A stretch of DNA of 64,000 nucleotides from Salinispira sp. GTDB lineage: Bacteria; Spirochaetota; Spirochaetia; DSM-27196; Salinispiraceae. A program made the translations under genes and the position numbers. The notes below the pieces were generated by a model. That model had not been told where the DNA came from. It did not search any database and saw only the letters and a program-made list of their open reading frames with translations. Location: NCBI GenBank assembly GCA_965602015.1, contig OZ271918.1, forward strand, positions 3,456,001-3,520,000, in the 5' to 3' direction. Every line of letters begins with the position of its first letter. The first letter of the stretch is position 1. Positions 28,702 to 37,976 of the stretch are shown in pieces.

Positions 28702-30456
28702 CTAAAATACTCCAAGAAAGGATTTTCCACGAATGTCCCGGGCATCGAAGGCGAAGGGATCTATCCTCGATGCGTAGCGCAGGCTGTAGGGATCGGCGGA
28801 GTCGAGGGCCCGTTCCCTGAATCCACCCTCGTCCCAGTGACGGGAGTCCAGGCTGCCATATCGATTATCTCCCATAAAAAAGTATTCCCTCCGGGATAAC
28901 ACTTCATTTTCCGGGAAGGGTGCGAAGTTGCGCATATCGAAATAGGTCTGGACATAGGTGCCGGTGTAATCGTTAAGCTCGGCGAGGGAAGGGGCGAACG
29001 ACGTGCCGCCGTTACCCATCGAATCGACCATATCCAATAGCGCCCGGGCGAACTTTAGCTTAAAGAGCCGGTTGGTGCGCCGGGCGGATATTTCGAAGGC
29101 GGATGCATTGCGTGAGCCGCGGTTGCCTGTGCCGGCGAGCATAAAATCCCGGAAGTCTTCGGCAAAGACCCGGGTATCGGTCAGGGCAAACACGGCATAT
29201 TCTGCGAGCATGTCTTCGCTTATTTCAAACCAGCCCCGGAAGCGGAAATCCGGCGTCGACCTGACGGCCGGAAGATCTCCAGGCACTGACAGCTCCTCGG
29301 CAAGGGCAATCAGTTCCTCGGTTATGTCGTTGGCCCGGCCGGGGTAACTTCCGGTCAGCTCTTCTTTTTCCCTGTCCCAGCGGAGCATTTCTTCACGAAC
29401 AAGCGGAGAGACCGTGATGCGTTCAATCCTTCTGGTATTTACCGGGAGGTTTGTTACAAAGTTCAGGGCGTGTGAATCGTCGCCCTCGAGAATCCGGAAC
29501 TCGCCGTCCGTGGAATCGCGAACATAGACCACATCGTCCACCATCATAATCTGCTCTCCGGGCATTCCAATAAGCCGTTTGATCAGAGGTTCCACCACAA
29601 TGTCGCCGTTGATGTCGATTTTCGGGCGCTGAACCGCGGAGAAGGTGATCATAAACAAGGCATTGTCGAAAAACTCTTTGAGGGCCTGGTTTCTCGGCAG
29701 TGTGTGCCTCGGGTTGTCGAGAACGAGCTGATCGAAGCGGTTAACTCCAAGGGTCACCGGGATGTCCACCAGCGAAAGGGGTATGCGCGGATTATACAAG
29801 GTTTTCACCGCGAGCACTCGGGAACCGACATAATGCTCGGGAACCATGGACTCGGTGGGAATCTGGTAGAGCTGGAAAATGAGCGAGTTGATAAAAATCA
29901 CGAACACGATGGTCCATAGAATCGCGTCCACCCATGACAGCACTTCTGCTGCGAAGCCTCTAAAAACCTTGACCGGCACGGCCTTCCGCCGGGACCCTTT
30001 TTTCTCGAAGGTGATTAGTCCCAGGCGCTTGAGGTTTTCTTTGTGGTTTACCGAGCGGTAGAGGGGGATGTACAATCCGTAGGAGAGCACGACCATGGCA
30101 TAAAGCGCATAATAGACCGGCAGCTCAATGGCCTCGTTGCTCCAGGCAAGTATGAGATTTACCGAGGAGAGAATAAACTGAATCAGGCCGAAGTATGATG
30201 CGCTCTTCTTCGCGATAATGAAGCCTTTTTTATCGACTCTTTGATCATCCCTGCTGCTTCGGTACACCCTGTACAGGAGCAAGCCGGTGCCGCCGGCCGC
30301 CAGAAGCGACAGCATTATGGTGATGGCGTTACCGGAAAGAATACCCGAGAGTAGGGTCATGATCGTAGCCGGAATGAGCCAAATGAGCAGGTGCAAGCCT
30401 TTGGTGCCGAAATTCTTTTCAAGCCATGAGTTGGCGCGTTCTACATGTGGTTTCAT
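28702..30456 (-). CDS. lepB: Signal peptidase I, long multi-TM form
   Basis: YQIPTESM (Ser), LIKRLIGMPGE (Lys), YFFMGDNR..SLDSR. Confidence 0.88.
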   Translation of the reverse strand: MKPHVERANSWLEKNFGTKGLHLLIWLIPATIMTLLSGILSGNAITIMLSLLAAGGTGLLLYRVYRSSRDDQRVDKKGFIIAKKSASYFGLIQFILSSVNLILAWSNEAIELPVYYALYAMVVLSYGLYIPLYRSVNHKENLKRLGLITFEKKGSRRKAVPVKVFRGFAAEVLSWVDAILWTIVFVIFINSLIFQLYQIPTESMVPEHYVGSRVLAVKTLYNPRIPLSLVDIPVTLGVNRFDQLVLDNPRHTLPRNQALKEFFDNALFMITFSAVQRPKIDINGDIVVEPLIKRLIGMPGEQIMMVDDVVYVRDSTDGEFRILEGDDSHALNFVTNLPVNTRRIERITVSPLVREEMLRWDREKEELTGSYPGRANDITEELIALAEELSVPGDLPAVRSTPDFRFRGWFEISEDMLAEYAVFALTDTRVFAEDFRDFMLAGTGNRGSRNASAFEISARRTNRLFKLKFARALLDMVDSMGNGGTSFAPSLAELNDYTGTYVQTYFDMRNFAPFPENEVLSRREYFFMGDNRYGSLDSRHWDEGGFRERALDSADPYSLRYASRIDPFAFDARDIRGKSFLGVF

Positions 30457-30620
30457 TATCCTATATATACACTGATTATCTAAAAGGTAACAGATCTCTT
30501 GCAAGGAGAAGGTGTGGAGGCAGGACTATTGCAGGAGGCCTCAGACCGGCCAAAGCTGCTAACCGGTGGCGGTTTCAAGCCGGCGGTGGGCGATAGCCGG
30601 CTTTATTTTCCTCTCGTCCA

Positions 30621-31685
30621 TCAGGCTGAGGGTTTGTCGAAGTAGAAACCCTGAACGTATGTGGCGCCGTTTGATTTGACCCACTCATAGTCGAGTTCGG
30701 TTTCGACTCCTTCGGCGACGCTGCAGATATCAAGCTCATTACTCAAGTCGAGAATACTCCGGGTAATTGACTGTTTAAAACGGTCTCCCGACACATTTTG
30801 AATTAGTTCCATATCGAGTTTTACGATATCCGGTTTAAGCTTGTGAAGGAGATTCAGGGACGAATATCCGGCTCCCAGATCATCAAGGGCAATGAGAAAA
30901 CCGTGTTCCCGGTAGACCTTAATGATCGACAGCATTCGGTTCAAATCGGCATTTTTATCGCTTTCCACTATTTCGAATACGATATCCTCCGGCTTGAGGT
31001 CGGTGACGGCTATGGCAGCGAATGTCGATGACAGGCAGTTTTCCGGGGAGTAGATCGATGTCGGGTTGAAATTTATGAAGAGTTTTTCATTCCAACCCCT
31101 GTCGGCCGCATTTCTTACTGCCGACAGCCGTGCTTCCCTGTCCAGAAAAAACAGTAAATCCGCCTTCCTCGCTACGTCGAATAGCTGTCCTGCGGGGACA
31201 ATGCTTCCGTCATCGGCTATTCCCCGCAGCAATGACTCCCTGCCGTATATACGCTCGGGTTCTGCGGCGCTGCGGATAGCGTGGTAATGGCTCGTGATTT
31301 TTTTGTTCCTGAGAATTTCCGTCAGCCAGGTCGCATCGGCCAGGGTGAAAATAGACAGGAGATTTTCCATATGAATGAGATCCCTCATTTCCGGCTTTTT
31401 CCCCTCTGGCAAGACCAGGGCTCTGGCTGATTCGAGCTCTGCTTCGCTGAACTGCTGCTTGTAATCCCGAAGTATTTCTATGAGTGTGGCAGATGGCAGG
31501 GTGGAATGCAGTATGCCCTGATCGCTTTCAAGCGGGTAGCCGCTTTTTTCAAACGCCTTTTGGAGTTTTTCTCCGGTAGCCATAATAGCCGGAGATATGT
31601 AAATGCTGCCTATTTCCGGAAGGCCGTCGGGGATTAATTCACACCGGTCGCAGAGCGGGGTTTTTATGGTTTCATCCATGTTCAC
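30621..31685 (-). CDS. EAL-domain c-di-GMP phosphodiesterase
   Basis: ESLLR, LFINF, FEIVES, DDLGAGYSS, KLD, AEGVE, QGF. Confidence 0.92.
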   Translation of the reverse strand: MNMDETIKTPLCDRCELIPDGLPEIGSIYISPAIMATGEKLQKAFEKSGYPLESDQGILHSTLPSATLIEILRDYKQQFSEAELESARALVLPEGKKPEMRDLIHMENLLSIFTLADATWLTEILRNKKITSHYHAIRSAAEPERIYGRESLLRGIADDGSIVPAGQLFDVARKADLLFFLDREARLSAVRNAADRGWNEKLFINFNPTSIYSPENCLSSTFAAIAVTDLKPEDIVFEIVESDKNADLNRMLSIIKVYREHGFLIALDDLGAGYSSLNLLHKLKPDIVKLDMELIQNVSGDRFKQSITRSILDLSNELDICSVAEGVETELDYEWVKSNGATYVQGFYFDKPSA

Positions 31686-31770
31686 ATCCTACTGAGAAAA
31701 ACTACATGCTATAAGCTAAGGGTAATGGCCGCGCAACGCAAAATCAAATTGAAAGACCGAAGCTGTATTT

Positions 31771-32766
31771 TCAAACGGGCATATACTTGTCGGCAATCTC
31801 GTTGCTGATGTCCCAGATTTTCCGTCCCAGTTCCCGGTCCAACGCATGAGGCGCGGGTTTTTCTTCGGTGGTCAGGTTAAAAAACCGGCCGCTTACCCCA
31901 CGTAGGTCGGGGTCCGATGCAAGATAGTGAATGGCCAGACCCGAAATCGCCACATCATCGAGGCCGGGCTGAACCATGGTTTTCTGGAACCAGCGGTACA
32001 GCGGACCGTTGTTGTTTCCCACATTGGTGCGTACAGCGCCGGGATGCATTGCATTAATGCTCAAGCCGAGCCCGTCAGCCGATTCAGATTTTGGCGGGTC
32101 AGGCTCATTGCTCTCGCCTATCCCGCTGATCTGTTCGGCAAACTCCCAGGTGCACAGAAGTTGAGCGGTTTTCGCCGCCCCGTAGGCCCGCAAGCCCATA
32201 TAGGGCCTGCGCTGCCAATCCAGATCATTGATATTAAGGCCGAAAAATCGGTGACCCTGGCTATTAACCTGAATAATCCTTCCCTTGCCCCGGGCTGTCA
32301 TGCCCGGCAGCAGCGCCCTGGTGAGGATAAACGGGGAGAGATGATTTACCGCGAAGACCATTTCGAATCCTTCGGAGGTGAGTTCCCGGGTCGTCATGTG
32401 GATTCCTGCGTTATTTACCAGGATGTCCGCCTGTTTGCCTCGGTCCAGGACCTGTTTTGCTGCCCTTGCAGTCTCGTTCAAACAGGAGAAATCCGCAGTA
32501 ATAGAGTCGATTGAACCTGTTAATCCGGAATTCCGCAGTTCTGCTATGAGGGTTGTGGTCTTAGCGGGATTCCGGTTGATGAGCAACAGGTCGGCTCCGT
32601 ATTCTCCCAGGCGGCGGGCCGCGGCCAGTCCGACGCCGGAGGTTGCCCCGGTTACAATTGCAAGCCGCCCGTCAAGCCGTTCTTCGCTGACAGCCGGCGG
32701 CAGTTTGCCGTTTCGGATCACCTGCTGCATGTCCCTGAAGCTGTACTCTTTGAGGTATTTGAACAT
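31771..32766 (-). CDS. Short-chain dehydrogenase/reductase (retinol-DH-like)
   Basis: TGATSGVG, NNAG, YGAAK, HPG. Confidence 0.9.
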   Translation of the reverse strand: MFKYLKEYSFRDMQQVIRNGKLPPAVSEERLDGRLAIVTGATSGVGLAAARRLGEYGADLLLINRNPAKTTTLIAELRNSGLTGSIDSITADFSCLNETARAAKQVLDRGKQADILVNNAGIHMTTRELTSEGFEMVFAVNHLSPFILTRALLPGMTARGKGRIIQVNSQGHRFFGLNINDLDWQRRPYMGLRAYGAAKTAQLLCTWEFAEQISGIGESNEPDPPKSESADGLGLSINAMHPGAVRTNVGNNNGPLYRWFQKTMVQPGLDDVAISGLAIHYLASDPDLRGVSGRFFNLTTEEKPAPHALDRELGRKIWDISNEIADKYMPV

Positions 32767-32767
32767 A

Positions 32768-33223
32768 TCAGCCGAACTTTTTGCTCATGAATCGTCGATA
32801 GGGCTTGGCAAACCAGGGGATGTTGTCGAATATGTCGCCCCATAAATCATAGTAATCCCGTTGATGGGTAATCATCCCGTGTTCATCAAGGCTCAGTTTT
32901 GTTGTGCCGTACAGGGTTGAACTGGGGAATTTTTTAAACATCATGGTCATTTCCCACTGCATAAATACCGAACGTTCACCCATGACGATGTCGGGAATAT
33001 ACATGCGCAATTCCTTGCAGCGATCGGTGAGGCGCTGGCACAGCTCCTTGAAATTCTCCTTGCCTTCCACCTGCTGTATCGAGTCCTTGAACACGATGTC
33101 CTCGCGGTAGTAGGGGAAGATGTGTGACCAATCAGGTTTTCCGTGAGTGTTGTAGGTTTTCGACCAGAGTTCGAGTACCTGCTTGCTGTCGCGTAGCGAA
33201 TAGTCCGTCATTATGTTCCTCAT
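32768..33223 (-). CDS. NTF2/SnoaL-like protein
   Basis: Y..D..FKD...G, ITHQRDYYD. Confidence 0.8.
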   Translation of the reverse strand: MRNIMTDYSLRDSKQVLELWSKTYNTHGKPDWSHIFPYYREDIVFKDSIQQVEGKENFKELCQRLTDRCKELRMYIPDIVMGERSVFMQWEMTMMFKKFPSSTLYGTTKLSLDEHGMITHQRDYYDLWGDIFDNIPWFAKPYRRFMSKKFG

Positions 33224-33264
33224 CTCGGGGGCTGCTCACCCGTGTATTTGAACCAGTTGCGGAA

Positions 33265-34125
33265 TCAGTAAAATGCCGGTTCCGGGGGGAAAATATCTTC
33301 CCTAATCGCCAGCAGGGCCTGGCGTCCTTCCATGCGGGAATCCACAGGCACCAGAATGACGGGGTTCAGTCCCGGGTCGGCATTCTGGATATTGTTGGAC
33401 GGCTGACGCAGAATCCTCATATTTGCATCGATGACGAACTGCTCCGACAGGTCTTCCACATGCCCGGTAATGCGGCCGTCCCGCTGAAGGGTGAGGTAGT
33501 AGCGGTAGATCTCTCTTCGGGTGATGTATATCTCACCGGAAATAATCCCTCCAATGGTAATGCCCACCGTAACGCCGGGCTTGCCGTCATTGTCCGCATC
33601 GATAATGTTCGGATCGTTCGGGTTCCGGGAAAGAGCCATAGACGGATCTCCCGTGATGCCCAGGAGAACCGGAGTTTCCGGGCGGTACATCCGCCAAAGG
33701 CCGTCCACAAATTCGAGCTCCACCTCCCGGGGTTCCGGCTCGATGGCTTCAACGGCGGCGGGGTCGAATCGGGTCTGGACATTTTGCTGATTAAGAATAT
33801 AACTGGCAAAGAGAAAATCGTTGTACTGGTACAATCTGTCCCCTTCAGCGACGAAGTCGGTGTACCCGTAGCTGACAATGAAGCTCCGCATTGCCGTCCT
33901 GGTGCTGTTATCCTCATACGCTACAACATCAAAATGAGCATATCGGCCGCTTATCGCCTCAATGGCTTCATTCCTGGTTTGGGGGTATCGGTTTCCCGAA
34001 TCGGGGAATTGCAGATCATAAAGGGGGGAATCGGGCCAATTCTTGGGGCCGCCGCACGAGACAAGGGTCATGAAAAATGCGGCGGTGAATATCGCATAAG
34101 CGACGCCTTTGGTTCTATGGTCCAT
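33265..34125 (-). CDS. Hypothetical lipoprotein
   Basis: LVSC lipobox; DADNDG Ca-binding-like motif. Confidence 0.65.
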   Translation of the reverse strand: MDHRTKGVAYAIFTAAFFMTLVSCGGPKNWPDSPLYDLQFPDSGNRYPQTRNEAIEAISGRYAHFDVVAYEDNSTRTAMRSFIVSYGYTDFVAEGDRLYQYNDFLFASYILNQQNVQTRFDPAAVEAIEPEPREVELEFVDGLWRMYRPETPVLLGITGDPSMALSRNPNDPNIIDADNDGKPGVTVGITIGGIISGEIYITRREIYRYYLTLQRDGRITGHVEDLSEQFVIDANMRILRQPSNNIQNADPGLNPVILVPVDSRMEGRQALLAIREDIFPPEPAFY

Positions 34126-34179
34126 GTCATTACTATACCGGCTTTGATCAGCTCTGACCAATGAAATTACTCGGCTGGT

Positions 34180-35613
34180 TTACAACTCATCGTGCTTGCT
34201 GCGGTCCAAGGCCCAGATCTGACTGCCCCGGGCAAAGGCCTTCTTTCTTGCCAGAATCATGTACCAGGCTGTGGTGACCACAATATACCCTGCGGCTACG
34301 CCAAGGCCCGCCAGAAACCACCGCATGTCTCCGGTTTGATAGGCCTTAGCCGGGAAGTTAATCGCGAGGATAAAGGGAATGGCGGCGACGAAGGTGATGC
34401 CCGAAGCGTAACTGTAATCAGATGCCACCGGGGTTTCGAACTCCGGATCCAACACCCGAAGCAATGCCAGCCCGGTTGTGAGGGTTCCGGTGCATGCGCC
34501 GTATATAATTATAGTGCGTAAAAAGCGGTTATCGCTGAACACCCGGGATCCCATCCAGGGAATCACCGTCAAAATAATCGCGGTTCCCACGACTGCCGTA
34601 ATGACGATGGGCAATAAATATCTTACCGCAACCACCAGGCTGATGGCGGCGATGGAGCTGGTAACCATAAAATCGACGGAAATTCCCGAGACCCGGCTGA
34701 GCATGGCGTTGTCCAGAATATGGTCGACCTTGAGGCGATTCATAATGTGGCGAATCAGAAGTCCCATGAGTGCGGCGAAAATGAAGCTTATGCCCCAGAG
34801 ATTGGTGGCTAATTCGGTCCCCATCGGTCCGGCGAATGCCAGGAGCCAACCCATACCCTTAAGGAACAGATAGCTCATCAAATACGTAAACAGCACGAAC
34901 ATCATGTTCGCCGTAAGGGAGTCGATGGCTTCGGTCTGGGTGGTCTGATATGAGCCCGGGCTCAGGCGGCTGCTCCGGGAGAAAATACCGGTCTGAACGT
35001 CGCTACGTTTGATTTTCCTCATGTAATCCGGACTAATCCAGTGATGGCGGATTCCATAGTGTATGAGAAAGATACCGCCGAAGCTCGCCATGATGAACCC
35101 CAGAGCGGCGAAGGTAAGTCCGACGGTGCCCGCATCCTCAATTCCGAACACCCGCCAGCCTTCGCCGATCGCAAAGGCCTGACCGGGGCCCAACGCGAAT
35201 CCCAGGGGGAAGAGGAAGCCGAAGCTGTGGAACAGGTCCGGCATTATGGTATTCATAAAAATAAAGGTGAGGACGATTCCCAGAAATGCCTGAACGCCGT
35301 ATTGATTAAGGACGATAACCGCCTGGGCCTGTCGGTTTCGGCCAGCCCCGCTGCTGCGGGTGGTTTTGCGAAGGGTGAGGGCGATGAAGGACATGCTCAG
35401 CAGGTGATAGGCGATTTCCCCCAAATACTCCTGGGTAAATCCCATGCGGGGGAAGACGAAATTATAGAGGGGAAGCAGAATAAAGCCGGCGACTATCGAG
35501 TTCGGAATAAGATAGCGCTGAAGGAAGCGGATTCGCGAACGCAGGAAGGTCGCGATTATCAATCCGATGGCGATAATGCCCGCATGGATGTAAAAATTCC
35601 AGTTGAAAGACAT
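34180..35613 (-). CDS. Sodium/glutamate symporter (GltS/ESS) family protein
   Basis: IPNSIVAG, GF..GPGQA..IG, YG..TG...TG.ALLR..DP; many TM helices. Confidence 0.8.
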   Translation of the reverse strand: MSFNWNFYIHAGIIAIGLIIATFLRSRIRFLQRYLIPNSIVAGFILLPLYNFVFPRMGFTQEYLGEIAYHLLSMSFIALTLRKTTRSSGAGRNRQAQAVIVLNQYGVQAFLGIVLTFIFMNTIMPDLFHSFGFLFPLGFALGPGQAFAIGEGWRVFGIEDAGTVGLTFAALGFIMASFGGIFLIHYGIRHHWISPDYMRKIKRSDVQTGIFSRSSRLSPGSYQTTQTEAIDSLTANMMFVLFTYLMSYLFLKGMGWLLAFAGPMGTELATNLWGISFIFAALMGLLIRHIMNRLKVDHILDNAMLSRVSGISVDFMVTSSIAAISLVVAVRYLLPIVITAVVGTAIILTVIPWMGSRVFSDNRFLRTIIIYGACTGTLTTGLALLRVLDPEFETPVASDYSYASGITFVAAIPFILAINFPAKAYQTGDMRWFLAGLGVAAGYIVVTTAWYMILARKKAFARGSQIWALDRSKHDEL

Positions 35614-35758
35614 AGAACCTCCGTTCCGGTTTGAATCAGGGGGTTCTCTAAGTATAGGGCAAAAACTCTTTTCTGTGGTTCCCGTCCGGCACTCGCCGCT
35701 CTCATTCTGCGGATCCGGGCCGGCATTGGAGCTGTTCCCCCGCCGGCGTTATTCCGCC

Positions 35759-36829
35759 TTATCGTATGGCTATTATCGCGCCTTTCCTCGGATCGCCGAG
35801 GCTGCCGATGCTGGCGGCATTCAGGCCTTCGGCGAGGAGAATTTCCTCAACCTGTGCTGAGGCTTCCTCAGCCGCGCTGATGAGCAAGCCACCGCTGGTT
35901 TGGGCGTCCGCCAGGATGATTTTTCGGTAATCCGACGGATTGAGGTCCACATGGGGCTTGCAATAGTTCCAGTTTCGTTTGGTTCCCCCGGGAATCTGAC
36001 CCTGAGATATATAATCCTGAACGGGGTCAAGCACGGGCACCGCTTCGAAATTGATTTCCGCGGAAACCCCGCTTCCCCGGCAGATTTCAAGCAGGTGGCC
36101 TAAAAGGCCAAAACCCGTAACATCGGTCATGGCGTGAACGCCGGAAATCGCCCCCATTCGGCTCCCGACCTTGTTGAGGCGGAGCATGGTTTCCGGTCCG
36201 AGGCGGCCATGCTCCGGTTTGAGGGCGCCGTTTTTTTGTGCGGTGGACAGAACGCCGATGCCCAGGGGCTTGGTGAGGTAGAGTCTGTCCCCCGGCATGG
36301 CCTTGTCGTTTCGTTTGAGCTCAGGCAGATTTACCAGCCCGTTCACCGCAAGTCCGAAGAGGGGTTCGGGATTGTCAATGCTATGCCCTCCGGCCAGAGG
36401 TATGCCCGCGTCGGCGCATGCCCTCCTGCCGCCTTCAACCACCCGGTTTGCGCTTTGGGTGTCCAGGGTGCCCAGCGGCCAGCCGAGAATGGCGATGGCG
36501 ACGATAGGTTTTCCACCCATGGCGTACACGTCGCTGAGGGCATTGGTTGCGGCGATTCGCCCGAATTCAAAGGGATCGTCGACGATGGGCAGGAAAAAAT
36601 CCGTCGTGCTTATCAGGCCCCTGCCGTCACCCAGATCGAATACTGCCGCATCGTCCCTGCTGTCATTGCCGACGATGAGATTGGGAAAGACCCAGGACTC
36701 CCGGGATGTTTGCAGCACTTCTTCAAGGACTGCGGGAGACAGTTTGCATCCGCAGCCGGCGCCGTGGCTGTATTGGGTTAATTTGGGTTCGACCTGGTCA
36801 TTCAATGGGTTCTCTCCTTCTTGCCGCAT
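35759..36829 (-). CDS. selD: Selenophosphate synthetase (Cys form)
   Basis: LTQYSHGAGCGCK, DDAAV, TTDFF.PIVDDP, GGHSI, DVTGFGL, DAQTSGGLL; true start may be TTG at 36805. Confidence 0.96.
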   Translation of the reverse strand: MRQEGENPLNDQVEPKLTQYSHGAGCGCKLSPAVLEEVLQTSRESWVFPNLIVGNDSRDDAAVFDLGDGRGLISTTDFFLPIVDDPFEFGRIAATNALSDVYAMGGKPIVAIAILGWPLGTLDTQSANRVVEGGRRACADAGIPLAGGHSIDNPEPLFGLAVNGLVNLPELKRNDKAMPGDRLYLTKPLGIGVLSTAQKNGALKPEHGRLGPETMLRLNKVGSRMGAISGVHAMTDVTGFGLLGHLLEICRGSGVSAEINFEAVPVLDPVQDYISQGQIPGGTKRNWNYCKPHVDLNPSDYRKIILADAQTSGGLLISAAEEASAQVEEILLAEGLNAASIGSLGDPRKGAIIAIR

Positions 36830-37885
36830 CTATATGTGCCGCCTCAATTGTGCCGCCTCCGTCCTTACTGTATCCAGGAGCAGATCGGCGTTCTCTTCCG
36901 GATCGGTTCCGGGTGCGGGAATAACGCTGATGAGTGCGGCATCCCGGCGTTCCATGCTTCGCCTGTAGGCTTTGTCGTAGTATTGCAGGCAGATGCCCGC
37001 GGCCTCGCTTATGTTTCCCCCGTCTAATGCATTGTGCGCCATGGCAGTGCGTTCGCCCCCGAGTCTTTTTGCAATCATGTCGACCGCTGCGCCCAGGGCC
37101 TCCCGGGGAAAGCCGCCATAGATTTTGCACAATAATTGGATTCGCTTGTCCACCGGCACATCGAGGAAATAAAGCCGGCTGTGTGTCATTTTATCGAAGA
37201 GGGCCTTGGGCACGGCGACCCGGCCGATGTTTGTGCTCTCGTCTTCGAGCCAGATGGTCTGTCCTAAATCGAGGGATTGTAGAGCCGTAAAAAGCTGGTT
37301 CTCAAACTGCTCGTTTCGAGGTTGGGATTCCTCCCCCAGTGAGCCGAAGGCCGAGCCCTTGTGCCTGGCCAGACCCTCGAGATCGACCGTTTGGTAACCG
37401 CGCTCTTGAAGTACCTGTAGAACCCGGGTTTTTCCGCTGCCAGTGTATCCGCCGAGGACGGACAAGGACATCGGTTCGCTGAACAGCTCCAGAACCACGC
37501 GGCGGAATGCCTTGTATCCTCCCTCGAGAACCAGAACCTGGGAAAATCCGTTAGATGCCAAATGGTCCGCGAAGGCCTGGCTGCGCATTCCTCCCCGCCA
37601 GCAGTGAACGGCGGCTTTACCGTCCGGTGCATGGCGGAGAGACTCATCGATAAACTGTTCTAGCTTTGGCTGGACAAAATCCCTGCCCAGGGTGACTGCC
37701 GCTTCACGGCCCTGTTTTTTGTAGACGGTCCCGACCTCCGCCCGCTGCATATCGGAAAAAAGAGGAATAGTGCACGAGCCGGGAATATGGCCCTTGGCAT
37801 ACTCTCCCGGAGACCGGACGTCAATGAGTGGAACCGACTTGTGTTCTCGATAAAATTGCTCGATTGAAATGCGTGTTACGGCTAT
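36830..37885 (-). CDS. mnmH: tRNA 2-selenouridine(34) synthase; probable ATA start
   Basis: Rhodanese IDVRSPGEY..GHIPG lies upstream of the track ATG; CWRGGMRS, GGYK, GYTGSGKT, DLEGLA.HKGSAFG. Confidence 0.93.
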   Translation of the reverse strand: MAVTRISIEQFYREHKSVPLIDVRSPGEYAKGHIPGSCTIPLFSDMQRAEVGTVYKKQGREAAVTLGRDFVQPKLEQFIDESLRHAPDGKAAVHCWRGGMRSQAFADHLASNGFSQVLVLEGGYKAFRRVVLELFSEPMSLSVLGGYTGSGKTRVLQVLQERGYQTVDLEGLARHKGSAFGSLGEESQPRNEQFENQLFTALQSLDLGQTIWLEDESTNIGRVAVPKALFDKMTHSRLYFLDVPVDKRIQLLCKIYGGFPREALGAAVDMIAKRLGGERTAMAHNALDGGNISEAAGICLQYYDKAYRRSMERRDAALISVIPAPGTDPEENADLLLDTVRTEAAQLRRHI

Positions 37886-37976
37886 GGGCTCAGCCCTCCG
37901 AATTGCATTGTAGCCCGAGGGCGCAGCCCTGTATATGCGGGTTTGCTGTCAATGTTCGCGGGTAATTCGCTGTGAC

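Noticed and set aside
35620..35758. Riboswitch upstream of the GltS-like symporter
   Set aside because: GC-rich stems only, with no recognisable aptamer consensus; a -10-like TATACT lies downstream of them
36740..36770. Selenocysteine UGA in selD
   Set aside because: The active-site codons are Cys (TGC GGA TGC)
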